This document shows, piece by piece, positions 28,715 to 38,184 of a stretch of 64,000 bases of DNA. Each line of letters opens with the position of its first letter. Within the stretch, counting starts at the first letter, position 1. The translations under genes and the position numbers were made by a program. The notes under the pieces were generated by a model. It saw nothing but the letters and a program-made list of their open reading frames with translations. It did no database searches and had not been told where the DNA came from. The DNA is taken from positions 1,535 through 65,534 of the forward strand of contig HG000341.1 of the NCBI GenBank assembly GCA_000436975.1. The letters are read 5' to 3'. The DNA is from Clostridium sp. CAG:1000 (GTDB lineage: Bacteria > Bacillota_I > Bacilli_A > RF39 > UBA660).

Positions 28715-30405
28715 TTACCTCAATTCTATTTGATAAGGATCATCATATGTTCCTTTACCAGACTTATATACCACATTATTTTTAAGACTCACAACAGGTC
28801 TTACTGATAACTTACTTCTAACATCCGAAGCATAAATTCCTTGGCTTCCAGATGCAACAAGAGTTGATGTTTTATCTGGGTCATTAGGATCATTATAACT
28901 TCCTGCAGCATCCATTAACCATCATGGTTCATCTTCATTATATAAATAATAATTTCTATTTAAAGAATTATACTGAGCACCAGCAAATATTGCTTCATCT
29001 ACAGATAATAATCCAACAGGGTATTTAAGTGCTTTATTTCCATTATTATTAGACACTGTATATAAATCATTCTTATTAGAACATTTAAACGATGGTTTTG
29101 TTTTTTGTTGATACTTATAATATAGTGAATATAAAGTAAAATTATTTCCATAGCCAAGTCCCGTATCAACCACTTTATTTGATTCATCAGTTATTCCATA
29201 TGCTGTTGAATCAAATTTAGGATAACTATCTAAGGCAAGAGACCTATCTGCACAAAATCCTGAATCAGCAAGATATGATGAATATTTAGAAAAACTATTT
29301 TGAGAAAAAGCATCCATTTTAGTTTTTATCAAACTATCATTTATATTCGCATGAGTATCATTATAATTATTACTTTTAGTTTTACCATACATATATCCTA
29401 CATATGCATTATCGTCATATAAATTATTGAATGGAGAATTAAATACACCTTTATTAGTAATTATCCTTATAGAATAATCATCATTAAACCTCACTATTCT
29501 CCACAACACGCCACCAAAACTCAAATAGTTGTTAATCACATTACCTCTAAAATAGTATATTTTATTTCCATCATCATCATTATAATATAACCCATTTCCA
29601 TTATTAGTTCTTTGATTTGGTATAGTAGTGATTTTAATAACACTAAGTTCACCGCTTGGCTTAATGCTAGATATCTTATACATCTCATCACATGAAGCTC
29701 TACTTTCACAAAAAATACTATTTCCAGATTTAAAAGATTGAATTAAATCAGAGGAGGTACTACTATTAATAGGCGTTAGCTTTCCAGTTTCATAATCCAT
29801 CTTAAAATCATTTCCACAATAATATGTAATATTATTCTTAACTGAATATGAAATTTCTTCAGAACCTATATTCAAACTATATTTATCAGAAGAATAGTTT
29901 TTAGCCATAAAGTCAATTTTATCATCAGAATATATTTTGTTATCACTTAGAATTTTGTCTGTGAAATAAACACCATTTGTTAATTTATCTCTACCAAGAA
30001 CTCTATCTAAATCATTGAAATTATCACAGTTTCCATCATTAATATCATCAAGAGTAATAGAACTTATATTTTTATTTGAATCTATACAATAATTACTATC
30101 ACTTATGATATATGATAAAACTTTCCCATTATCATCAAGTTTAATTTCATATTTTAATTTATTATTATTTAAATTCAATTTAGTCTCATCAAGAGAATTA
30201 ATATTATTTAATTTATTTCCTTTCATATTTTCACTAATATATTTATTAGTTGATTCATTTAATGCACTTTTAACTTCAGTTAAAAATATATTTTTCTTAG
30301 ACTGATTATACATCTTTAGTACGTTAGGAAGTGCTATTATTACTAGTATTGCTAATATTGCTATTACTGCTAGAATTCTACTAATGTAAATCCTTTATTT
30401 TTCAT
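28715..30405 (-). pseudogene. disrupted paralogue of the prepilin-signal surface protein, with a different C-terminal domain (WWL...VRPVVSLK type)
   Basis: ATG at 30405 gives MKNKGFTLVEF, then TAG. Relative to 9230-9268, one base is missing near 30373/30374. A second lesion is an in-frame TGA at 28922-28924 inside ...EP*WLMD. Confidence 0.85.
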
Positions 30406-30436
30406 TTTGTCTTACTCCTTCTACTATCATAGTAAG

Positions 30437-30466
30437 ATTATATCATTTTAAATTAATAATAGTCAA
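30437..30466 (-). promoter_or_regulatory. promoter of the disrupted pilin-signal paralogue (TTGACT-18-TATAAT)
   Basis: Same -35 and upstream 22-mer as 9324-9345 (21 of 22 identical). Confidence 0.6.
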
Positions 30467-30706
30467 TTTACAAATGATTGACATTTTCTATTTCTTTTTA
30501 ACAACTTCCCAACTCTAGGAAATTGTTCTAGAACATTATAACCACTCTGTTTACAAACTATCATCGAATTTTTAATTACATTAGAAAATCTCTCACATTT
30601 TTTATAATCCAAAACTTTTTGTAATTCATTTATTTTCTTATCCCTTCTAGAACTTATTCCTCTATTATAATAATCAGTGATAAGAATAAAAACACTTTTT
30701 CTCCAT

Positions 30707-30729
30707 AAAAAAATAGAGATTCCTCTATT
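30707..30729 (-). terminator. intrinsic terminator after the 30725-31282 gene
   Basis: Reverse strand AATAGAG-GAAT-CTCTATT followed by T7. Confidence 0.6.
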
Positions 30730-31282
30730 TAAGTTTTCTTGTATACTCTTTTTGATTTTCTTCTACTTCATTAAAATTATCTTCAATATCTTGTTTTAGA
30801 GATAAATATTGACTCTTTAACTCTTTTATTCTTTTTAACTCTTCACTTTCATTAATAACTACTAAACTTTTTTCTACAGGGATTTCTTTATATTCTTCTT
30901 TTTTCTTATCAAAAGCTAAACATAAAGCATTAAAAGTAGTAGGTTTTCTGCTGTAAGCATTAAATTCTTCATCAGTCATTTTTCTATAATAGCCAAGATA
31001 TTCCATATCTTCACAAATAGCATATTGATTTTTAGCAATCAAATATGAAAAATTCAAAGATGTTATTAAATTTAATAATGGAAATACTGTATATAAATCA
31101 AACTCTGGTGTATTTTCAACAATTACTCTAATTAAATCAAAATACATGTTATCATTATTATGCTCTTTATTAATTAAATATCCGTTATTCGCAGCAATAC
31201 CCGCCATTTTATATAATGCTCCATACTGCATAACTAAACTTGTTGGTATAGACATTGCCCAAAATGCTAATAAACCTAACAT
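30725..31282 (-). CDS. hypothetical protein (185 aa)
   Basis: ORF only. Confidence 0.4.
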   Translation of the reverse strand: MLGLLAFWAMSIPTSLVMQYGALYKMAGIAANNGYLINKEHNNDNMYFDLIRVIVENTPEFDLYTVFPLLNLITSLNFSYLIAKNQYAICEDMEYLGYYRKMTDEEFNAYSRKPTTFNALCLAFDKKKEEYKEIPVEKSLVVINESEELKRIKELKSQYLSLKQDIEDNFNEVEENQKEYTRKLK

Positions 31283-31335
31283 ATTCCTTCACCTCGAGTG
31301 CATATTATATCAAAAAATGTAGTGAATATCAATCA

Positions 31336-32418
31336 CTACATTATCTCATTAAGTATTTCATTACTAATATATAATTTATCTTCATTAATTCGTATAAAGC
31401 CCTCATCAAGAATCAAGTCTTTTTTATCAAGAGCATCTTCTATTTTAAACATCTTAAACATGCTTATACCAAATCTTTCTTCAAATTCTGATAAACTAAC
31501 TCCTTTAAGCTTTCTAAGCCCTAAAATAAGCTCATTTTCCATCTCTTCTTGTGTTGAGATTAATAGTTCATTCAATCTATATTCTTCATTTAAATATTTA
31601 TTAAAGTTTCTTGTATTTTCATATCTCATATTATTAATATAACCATGTGCTCCTAAACCAAAACCATAGTATTCATTATTATCCCAATATGTTAAATTAT
31701 GTTTGCTCTCATGACCATCTAATGCAAAGTTACTTATTTCATAATGATTATAATGATGACGCTTTAACGTTTTACATATATATTTATACATTTTAAAATC
31801 TAAATCTTCACTTATAGGTTTAACTCCTTTATTATGAAGAAGTGTATGTTCTTCTATTATTAAAGAATATGTACTTATATGATCAACCTTAAGTTTTAAA
31901 GCATACTTAATATCACTTTTTAATATAGACATATCTTCAATAGGAAGAGCATATATAATATCTATATTTATATTATCAAAGCCTATCTTACGAGCAAGTG
32001 CTATCTTAGAAAATATATCTTTTTTATTATGTTTTCTATTTAAATACTTAAGTTTATATTTATTAAAGCTTTCAACACCAATGCTTAATCTATTAACACC
32101 ATTCTCTTTTAAAAATATCAAAAACTCTTCACTAAGATCATTAATATTACATTCATATGTAAATTCATAATCAGAACTTAGTCTAAATACTCTAATAATT
32201 TTAAATAATTTAATTAAATTATCATATGATAAACAACTAGGTGTCCCACCACCAATATATAAAGTTTTAACCATATCTTTTTCATAGTATTTATCTATTT
32301 CTTTTTTTAAATAAGTTAAATAATTACTTGCCCAAATATCATTATTTAAAAACTTACAAAAATCACAATAAGAGCAAATACTATTACAGAATGGTATATG
32401 AATATAAACACTTCTCAT
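31336..32418 (-). CDS. hemW: radical SAM heme chaperone HemW (HemN-like, oxygen-independent coproporphyrinogen oxidase family)
   Basis: YIHIPFCNSICSYCDF CxxxCxxC motif, GGGTPS, and HemW-like length. Confidence 0.85.
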   Translation of the reverse strand: MRSVYIHIPFCNSICSYCDFCKFLNNDIWASNYLTYLKKEIDKYYEKDMVKTLYIGGGTPSCLSYDNLIKLFKIIRVFRLSSDYEFTYECNINDLSEEFLIFLKENGVNRLSIGVESFNKYKLKYLNRKHNKKDIFSKIALARKIGFDNINIDIIYALPIEDMSILKSDIKYALKLKVDHISTYSLIIEEHTLLHNKGVKPISEDLDFKMYKYICKTLKRHHYNHYEISNFALDGHESKHNLTYWDNNEYYGFGLGAHGYINNMRYENTRNFNKYLNEEYRLNELLISTQEEMENELILGLRKLKGVSLSEFEERFGISMFKMFKIEDALDKKDLILDEGFIRINEDKLYISNEILNEIM

Positions 32419-32468
32419 AATTTTACCTCAAGTTAATTTTAACACAAAAAAATCAGTATTTCTACTGA

Positions 32469-33155
32469 TTATTTTAAAGTAAGTTTAGGTCCAGATACTT
32501 TTTCACTTTTACTCTTTATATCTTTATATTTTTCTACTATTGCATTTACTTTAAGTACCTGTTGCTTTATTTCTTCTTTAGATGCATTATTCATAACCAT
32601 CATATCATATATTCTTTTTTCTTTGTTGTATTCACTTCTTAAATAGTCTAAAGGACTCATTTTAGGATTACTTTGAGCATATGCAACTCTTCTTGGTGGT
32701 AGTGGCTTTTCAGCTATCTTTTTATCTGGTTCAATAACATAATCATCATTTTTAGTAGCCACTCTTCTAGCAGGTAATGGTGGTATTTCTCTATCATTAG
32801 TTGTATCAGGTGTTCTTGTTTCTTGTACCGTTTCAGTTGGTTTAATAGTAGATTCATCATCTAATTTTTTATCTAAATAAAAGTAACTTTCTAAAGTATC
32901 TTTTTTCCATTTAGAATATAATGAATCATTACTAGTTCTAAGATTTTTAATAGAATGAATAATATTAACAACAGGACATAAAGTTATAAATATATTTTTA
33001 ATATTACTCATAATCTTTGCTTTTGTACTTAATTTATTAAACTTACGTATAACCTCATCATTATTATACTCCATCTTCTTTTTTATATACATTGACTTAC
33101 TCACATTAATAATACCACTTACCAAAGTAGTTATTAAGTATAAATTTAACCACAT
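32469..33155 (-). CDS. hypothetical membrane-anchored protein with two PLPxRRVA motifs
   Basis: An ORF with a GGGGGA SD and a TTGACA-17-TATCAT promoter at about 33190-33222. Confidence 0.5.
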   Translation of the reverse strand: MWLNLYLITTLVSGIINVSKSMYIKKKMEYNNDEVIRKFNKLSTKAKIMSNIKNIFITLCPVVNIIHSIKNLRTSNDSLYSKWKKDTLESYFYLDKKLDDESTIKPTETVQETRTPDTTNDREIPPLPARRVATKNDDYVIEPDKKIAEKPLPPRRVAYAQSNPKMSPLDYLRSEYNKEKRIYDMMVMNNASKEEIKQQVLKVNAIVEKYKDIKSKSEKVSGPKLTLK

Positions 33156-33359
33156 AATATTTTCCCCCTTATCAAATAATGCTCATTATGATACTACAAA
33201 ATAGATGATTTGTCAACTAAAGAGCCAAGTATTATAAAATAAAAAGAGAACTAGGTTCTCAAATTATTTTATAATTCATTTACTATTTCTTCTAATGTTT
33301 TAAAATTATCTTTTTAAACTCTCTTTCACCTTTTTTATCTAACTAAAGTCAATCATAAG

Positions 33360-33380
33360 AAAAAAACTGCCTAAGCAGTT
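33360..33380 (-). terminator. intrinsic terminator after tRNA-Arg
   Basis: Reverse strand AACTGC-TTAG-GCAGTT followed by a T run. Confidence 0.7.
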
Positions 33381-33392
33381 TTATATTCAATA

Positions 33393-33469
<77 letters not shown>

Positions 33470-33523
33470 AACTTGAAATTACTAATAAAGTATACAACAT
33501 TATTCAGTATTTTTCAAGTATTT

Positions 33524-34453
33524 TTAATTATTTTTTGTAATAGTTGCTATATTATTTTTTTCTTTAGTACTAAAAACTACTTCTTTAACATTATAATTAT
33601 CAAAAATAGACTGTGCTATAGCATACTTAACTTCTTCTAAAACAACTAACTTTTCTTTATCTAAAATAAATTCATTAAATATTAAATTCATCTTATCATC
33701 ATTCACGTCATGACTAACAACTTCCAAATCATTGGGTATATAACTATTTAAATTATATTGTGCATTAACTATACTTTTTAACTCTTCGATAATTATATCA
33801 ATCTTTTCACTAGTAGTATTCATAACCTTAGTAATTGGTACTAAATATTCAACATCATCATAACTTTTATTAAAATAAATAGTAGTCTTTGTTATATTAT
33901 TCAAACTATCTAAATCATACTTTTTATTTATACCATAACCTCTATTTAATGGATAAGGTATTTCTTTATTACTTTTAGGAAGAATCTTAAGTGGTTCTTT
34001 ATTAATTGATAAGTAGATATTATCTATACCATTAATATCTGTTATTGTATAAATAATACTTTCTATCATTAATTCTTCATTATACTTACTTACATTTAAT
34101 ATATCTTTTGAAAAATCAATATATATATTATTCTTATCTACTTTTATACTATTAACTTTTGTATTCTTTGGTATTATAGGACTAAAACTATTAAGTTCAT
34201 CACTTCCATTAATAAGAATATCTAACTTTTTATTTACTAAATCAACTATATTATCATAACTTGCATACTCTATCATTCTACCTAAATAATAATCTTTATC
34301 CATTAAATACACTACTACTTCTTTCTTATCACCTATACTTTTATCTATTTTAACTTCACTTTCTGGAGTACTCGGTACTAAATAAAACATCAAAATCAAG
34401 AAAAGAGAAACAGATGTTACACATAGCTTATTTATTGTATATTTCTTTATCAT
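33524..34453 (-). CDS. gerM: GerM-like protein (two GerMN-type domains)
   Basis: N-terminal anchor, then two repeats of the GerMN pattern (VVVYLMD...YLGR; TTIYFNKSYDDVEYLVPITK). It neighbours gerE and spoIIIAH. Confidence 0.5.
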   Translation of the reverse strand: MIKKYTINKLCVTSVSLFLILMFYLVPSTPESEVKIDKSIGDKKEVVVYLMDKDYYLGRMIEYASYDNIVDLVNKKLDILINGSDELNSFSPIIPKNTKVNSIKVDKNNIYIDFSKDILNVSKYNEELMIESIIYTITDINGIDNIYLSINKEPLKILPKSNKEIPYPLNRGYGINKKYDLDSLNNITKTTIYFNKSYDDVEYLVPITKVMNTTSEKIDIIIEELKSIVNAQYNLNSYIPNDLEVVSHDVNDDKMNLIFNEFILDKEKLVVLEEVKYAIAQSIFDNYNVKEVVFSTKEKNNIATITKNN

Positions 34454-34501
34454 ACTAAATATTATTCTCTATATATAAAAAAATGACTTTAAAAGTCATT
34501 T

Positions 34502-34708
34502 TTATAATGATATTTCTCCTAACTTCAAAAGTTCAATAACAGCTCCAGCTCTTCCCTTACATCCAAGTTTTTGCATAGCATTAGATACATGATTCCTTAC
34601 TGTTTTTTCACTTATTCCTAATATAGTTGCTATCTCTTTAGTTGTTTTATTTTGAACTAATAACTCAAAAACAGCCTTTTCTCTTTTAGTTAGTATATTT
34701 CCTGTCAT
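34502..34708 (-). CDS. gerE: LuxR-type sporulation regulator GerE
   Basis: LTKREKAVFELLVQNKTTKEIATILGISEKTVRNHVSNAMQKLGCKGRAGAVIELLKLGEISL is near-colinear with B. subtilis GerE. Confidence 0.85.
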   Translation of the reverse strand: MTGNILTKREKAVFELLVQNKTTKEIATILGISEKTVRNHVSNAMQKLGCKGRAGAVIELLKLGEISL

Positions 34709-34795
34709 ATTAACCCTCTCTTTAACATATATTTTATTCACTATCCTAAAGTAATGTATGAATAATTATAAAATATGTGAAAGAAAAAAGCCTAT

Positions 34796-35287
34796 TTATG
34801 ACTCAAACTTAATAGTTATATTTTTCTTTTCTTTAAATTCTTCTTGTATACTTCTCATTATTTTATTAGCAAGTTCACTATTATGTTCACTAGATGATAT
34901 AGTAACTTTAATATTATCATTATTTATTTCAACAAAAGATTTAATCTTAAAATCATTTAATATTTTATCTTCAAGATAAGTTTCTTTTCCTTTTGCTAAA
35001 TTTAATAATTGTAATTCTTCAAAAGCACTATTTTTCTCTTCACTAGTTAATGATGATGATGTTAATTTATCTTGAAGTTCACTCATAGTAGTCTCTATCT
35101 TCTCATTTCTTTTAACTCTTAATGCCACTAACTTATCATTTTCACTTATTTTAACATCTATTTTTTTATTTACCTCTTTAGTTTTATTATCACTAAATAT
35201 TTCACTTGGAAGTGTTATATAGTAAATACCCAACACTAATATTAAAGAAAACAAAGTTAAAAACCATAAATTCTTTCTATTTATCAT
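34796..35287 (-). CDS. spoIIIAH: stage III sporulation protein AH-like
   Basis: N-terminus RKNLWFLTLFSLILVLGIYYITLPSE and C-terminal YscJ/FliF-like fold segment (IKVTISSSEH...ANKIMRSIQEEF...ITIKFE) parallel B. subtilis SpoIIIAH. Confidence 0.7.
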   Translation of the reverse strand: MINRKNLWFLTLFSLILVLGIYYITLPSEIFSDNKTKEVNKKIDVKISENDKLVALRVKRNEKIETTMSELQDKLTSSSLTSEEKNSAFEELQLLNLAKGKETYLEDKILNDFKIKSFVEINNDNIKVTISSSEHNSELANKIMRSIQEEFKEKKNITIKFES

Positions 35288-35345
35288 ATTTCACCTCTAT
35301 TATATATTATTAAAAAGAAATGAAAATTATAACAAGAAAAAAACA

Positions 35346-36125
35346 CTATTTATAATAGTTTAGTGTTTTCTCAATTATTCTTCTAATATCTCTTTCATTA
35401 AATGGCTTAGTAAGTAAATCAACAACTGGATAATTAAATACATTCTTAACTGAATCAGCAGTATCATTACCAGTTATTATAGATACAGGCATCTTATAGA
35501 ATAAATTATTCTTTTGAAAATAATCTAATACTTCAAATCCATTAACATTTGGCATATTCAGATCAAGTAAGCAACATTTTATTCTATCAGCATTACCTCC
35601 ATTAATTATTTCAATAGCTTTAGCACCATCATTAGCAATATATACATCATATTTATTATCAAATATTTTTTTAATAAAGTTAGCAACAAGATTAGAGTCA
35701 TCAATAACTAATATTGCCTCATCTTTAACTACGCTTGTCATATCTTCCATAATGTCTTCAGTAGTATCCATGCCTAAATATTGTTTAGATATTTTAATAA
35801 TTCTTTTGGCTTCATTTAATAATGTTTGATAATTATTGTAGATGTACATTAAATCATTAGCTTTTGCTTTTAATTCAAATTGATAAGATAAATCAGCTAA
35901 AGCTGTAAAACCTAAATAACTTGCATCACTTTTAAGTGAATGAACTTCATTAGCATAATTTTGTAAATCAGCTGTTTCTCTATATCTTTTTAAATTAGCA
36001 AGTTTAGCATCTACTAATTGTAAAAAGTCTCTTAAAGTCGCATCATACATTTCCATATCACCAAAAAGTTCTAAACTTTTACTTACATTTACACCATTAT
36101 TAGTTAATAAATTAACATCATTCAT
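35346..36125 (-). CDS. Hpt domain + receiver (REC) domain phosphorelay protein
   Basis: Hpt motif HSLKSDASYLGF. The REC domain has ILVIDDS...LLDLNMP...TKPF. Confidence 0.8.
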   Translation of the reverse strand: MNDVNLLTNNGVNVSKSLELFGDMEMYDATLRDFLQLVDAKLANLKRYRETADLQNYANEVHSLKSDASYLGFTALADLSYQFELKAKANDLMYIYNNYQTLLNEAKRIIKISKQYLGMDTTEDIMEDMTSVVKDEAILVIDDSNLVANFIKKIFDNKYDVYIANDGAKAIEIINGGNADRIKCCLLDLNMPNVNGFEVLDYFQKNNLFYKMPVSIITGNDTADSVKNVFNYPVVDLLTKPFNERDIRRIIEKTLNYYK

Positions 36126-36197
36126 ATTATCACTCTACCCTTGATTTAATTATACCATATATTAACAAGAGTTCAAGTTTTTTTTACACTCAAAATG

Positions 36198-36845
36198 TTA
36201 ATTTAATGTCATTGTAAGTGGCTTTTCATCACGATTTATATAATTCTTAATTGTATTAACATTATAACAGAATATTATAACGTCTTCATCTTCAAGAATA
36301 TATGTAATACCTGCTTCATCACATAAGTATTTTAGTAATGAATAGTTAACATTCTTAACAGACTTCTTGCATTTAGCAACACCGGTAAAATAGCTTGATT
36401 TTACCTGTTCTAACAAACTTTTTGATATATCCCCAAATAAAGACATTGTATTTGCTCTTATAAGTTGTAATCCATAATTATCATTAGTCATTACATTATG
36501 CAATAAATAATTTTTAAAATTAGAATTATTTTTATCAGTTAACTTTTCAAGATTATATTTAAAATATAATCTAAATAATCCCCTTCCATCATCAACAAAG
36601 AAGTCAAAAGATAATTCTATATCATCCTTTTTACATAACTCATTTAGTAAACCTAAATCTATATTATTTGATAAACAAATATTTTCATAATCAATATATT
36701 TTCTATCCTCATTAAATAACATACATGCATCATATTTTCTGGCTAATATTGACTTTGTTTCTTCATATAATCTAATTGTTTTAGTATTGCTTGACTCCTC
36801 ACTTTTATTCTCTTCTAATGCTTTAATTTGTTCTAAAAAACTCAT
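36198..36845 (-). CDS. hypothetical protein (about 215 aa) embedded in the phosphorelay cluster
   Basis: ORF with an AAAGGGGAG SD before the ATG at 36845. No motif recognised. Confidence 0.45.
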   Translation of the reverse strand: MSFLEQIKALEENKSEESSNTKTIRLYEETKSILARKYDACMLFNEDRKYIDYENICLSNNIDLGLLNELCKKDDIELSFDFFVDDGRGLFRLYFKYNLEKLTDKNNSNFKNYLLHNVMTNDNYGLQLIRANTMSLFGDISKSLLEQVKSSYFTGVAKCKKSVKNVNYSLLKYLCDEAGITYILEDEDVIIFCYNVNTIKNYINRDEKPLTMTLN

Positions 36846-36908
36846 TAATATCTCCCCTTTCATGTGGCTTTATATTATAACATAGTTTATTCAAAAAATA
36901 AAGAAGTA

Positions 36909-38144
36909 TTAACTCAAATACTTCTTCATAACTCTATTTAGTTCTAATTTTTCAATTGGTTTAGCAAGGTAATCATCAAATCCCTCACTTAGATATTGTT
37001 CTCTCATCCCAGTAATTGCATTAGCTGTTAGTATTACTACTGGTGTATTGAATCCTTCTATTTCTTTTAGTTTAACAAATGTTTCTCCACCAGTCATTTT
37101 AGGCATCATATCATCTAATAATATTAAATCATATTTACCCAAATTAACTTTATCTAAACATTCTTGTCCTGACATAACACTTTCTATTGTTACATTATAT
37201 TTTGCAAGTAATCTTTCTGCTACTTTTATATTAAGTAAGTTATCATCTACTACAAGAACTTTCTTTCCATGAGCATCTATTATTTGTTCTGTTTGTACAG
37301 GCTTTTTATTCTTAGCTTTTTCTAATTCTTCACCTTCAAGAATCTTTTGATCTACTCTAATTATAAATTTACTTCCTGAACCATACTCACTTTGAACATT
37401 AATATTTCCATGCATTAACTCAACTAACTTTTTAGTAATCGCAAGGCCAAGTCCAGTTCCTTCTACCGAAGTTTCTTTTTCTACTCCCAATCTGTCAAAC
37501 TTACTAAATAATTTATCTATATTCTCTTTTTTAATACCAATACCTGAATCTTGTACTGTTATTACTAATTTAACTTTATCTTCTTTAATTTTACCTGATA
37601 TATTAAGCATCATGTATCCAGTATTAGTATATTTAACTGCATTTGTTAATAAATTTATTATTACTTGTTTTAAGCGTATCGCATCTCCATATAAATATTC
37701 AGGTATATTTTTATCATATGAATATTTAAAATCAAGTGGTTTATCACCTAATCTAGCTTTTGTTAATAACACGAGTTCATCAAACATATCCCTAAAATTA
37801 TATGGTGTCTCTATTATCTCTAGCTTATTAGCCTCTATTTTAGATATATCTAATATACCATTTACAAGTTCAAGTAAGTTTTCACTTGCCATTACTATAT
37901 TTTTAACATCACTTTTAGCCGCATCATTTATTTCTTCTTCTAAAAGTCCATTACTAAATCCCATGATTGCATTTAAAGGCGTTCTTATTTCATGTGACAT
38001 GCTGCTTAAGAACTCACTTTTAGCATGATTAGCTTTATCTGCTTGTTCTTTTGCTACCTCTAATTGTTTTATCATTTTAACATCAGGGTTCTCAATAGTG
38101 AAATACATTAAGAAAGTTACAAATACTTCCATCGATGTTGTCAA
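36909..38144 (-). CDS. hybrid sensor histidine kinase, catalytic part (HisKA-HATPase-REC); continuous with 38185-38889 after a 1-nt correction
   Basis: H-box SHEIRTPLN, N/G boxes (NAVKYT, DSGIGI, GTGLGLAI), and a REC domain (VLVVDDN...LLDDMMPKMTG...AKPI). The listed TTG start has no SD and falls inside a transmembrane helix. Confidence 0.85.
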   Translation of the reverse strand: MTTSMEVFVTFLMYFTIENPDVKMIKQLEVAKEQADKANHAKSEFLSSMSHEIRTPLNAIMGFSNGLLEEEINDAAKSDVKNIVMASENLLELVNGILDISKIEANKLEIIETPYNFRDMFDELVLLTKARLGDKPLDFKYSYDKNIPEYLYGDAIRLKQVIINLLTNAVKYTNTGYMMLNISGKIKEDKVKLVITVQDSGIGIKKENIDKLFSKFDRLGVEKETSVEGTGLGLAITKKLVELMHGNINVQSEYGSGSKFIIRVDQKILEGEELEKAKNKKPVQTEQIIDAHGKKVLVVDDNLLNIKVAERLLAKYNVTIESVMSGQECLDKVNLGKYDLILLDDMMPKMTGGETFVKLKEIEGFNTPVVILTANAITGMREQYLSEGFDDYLAKPIEKLELNRVMKKYLS

Positions 38145-38184
38145 AAGTAACCCAGGATATATTTTTTGAGCAATGATTACTAAA

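Noticed and set aside
28916-28924. The in-frame TGA followed by TGG (EP-TGA-W-L-M-D) could mean TGA encodes Trp (genetic code 4, Mollicutes-like).
   Set aside because: All conserved genes in the window are uninterrupted under the standard code. TGA is used as a genuine stop (for example 22576-22578, overlapping the next start as ATGA). The same gene also has an independent frameshift. A nonsense mutation in a decaying gene is the simpler reading.
30481-30706. An open frame of about 85 codons lies on the minus strand between the 185-aa gene and the pilin pseudogene promoter (...ITDYYNRGISSRRDKKINELQKVLDYKKCERFSNVIKNSMIVCKQSGYNVLEQFPRVGKLLKRNRK...).
   Set aside because: It has no usable start codon or SD until late in the frame and no recognisable motif. 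It may be a relic, but I cannot support it as a gene.
33245-33360. A second hairpin plus T run (GAGAAC-CTA-GTTCTC) lies about 90 nt downstream of the tRNA-Arg terminator, suggesting a small RNA or peptide gene between the two terminators.
   Set aside because: I found no convincing promoter, ORF or conserved structure in the roughly 90-nt interval. It may simply be a back-up terminator protecting the downstream promoter at about 33190-33222.
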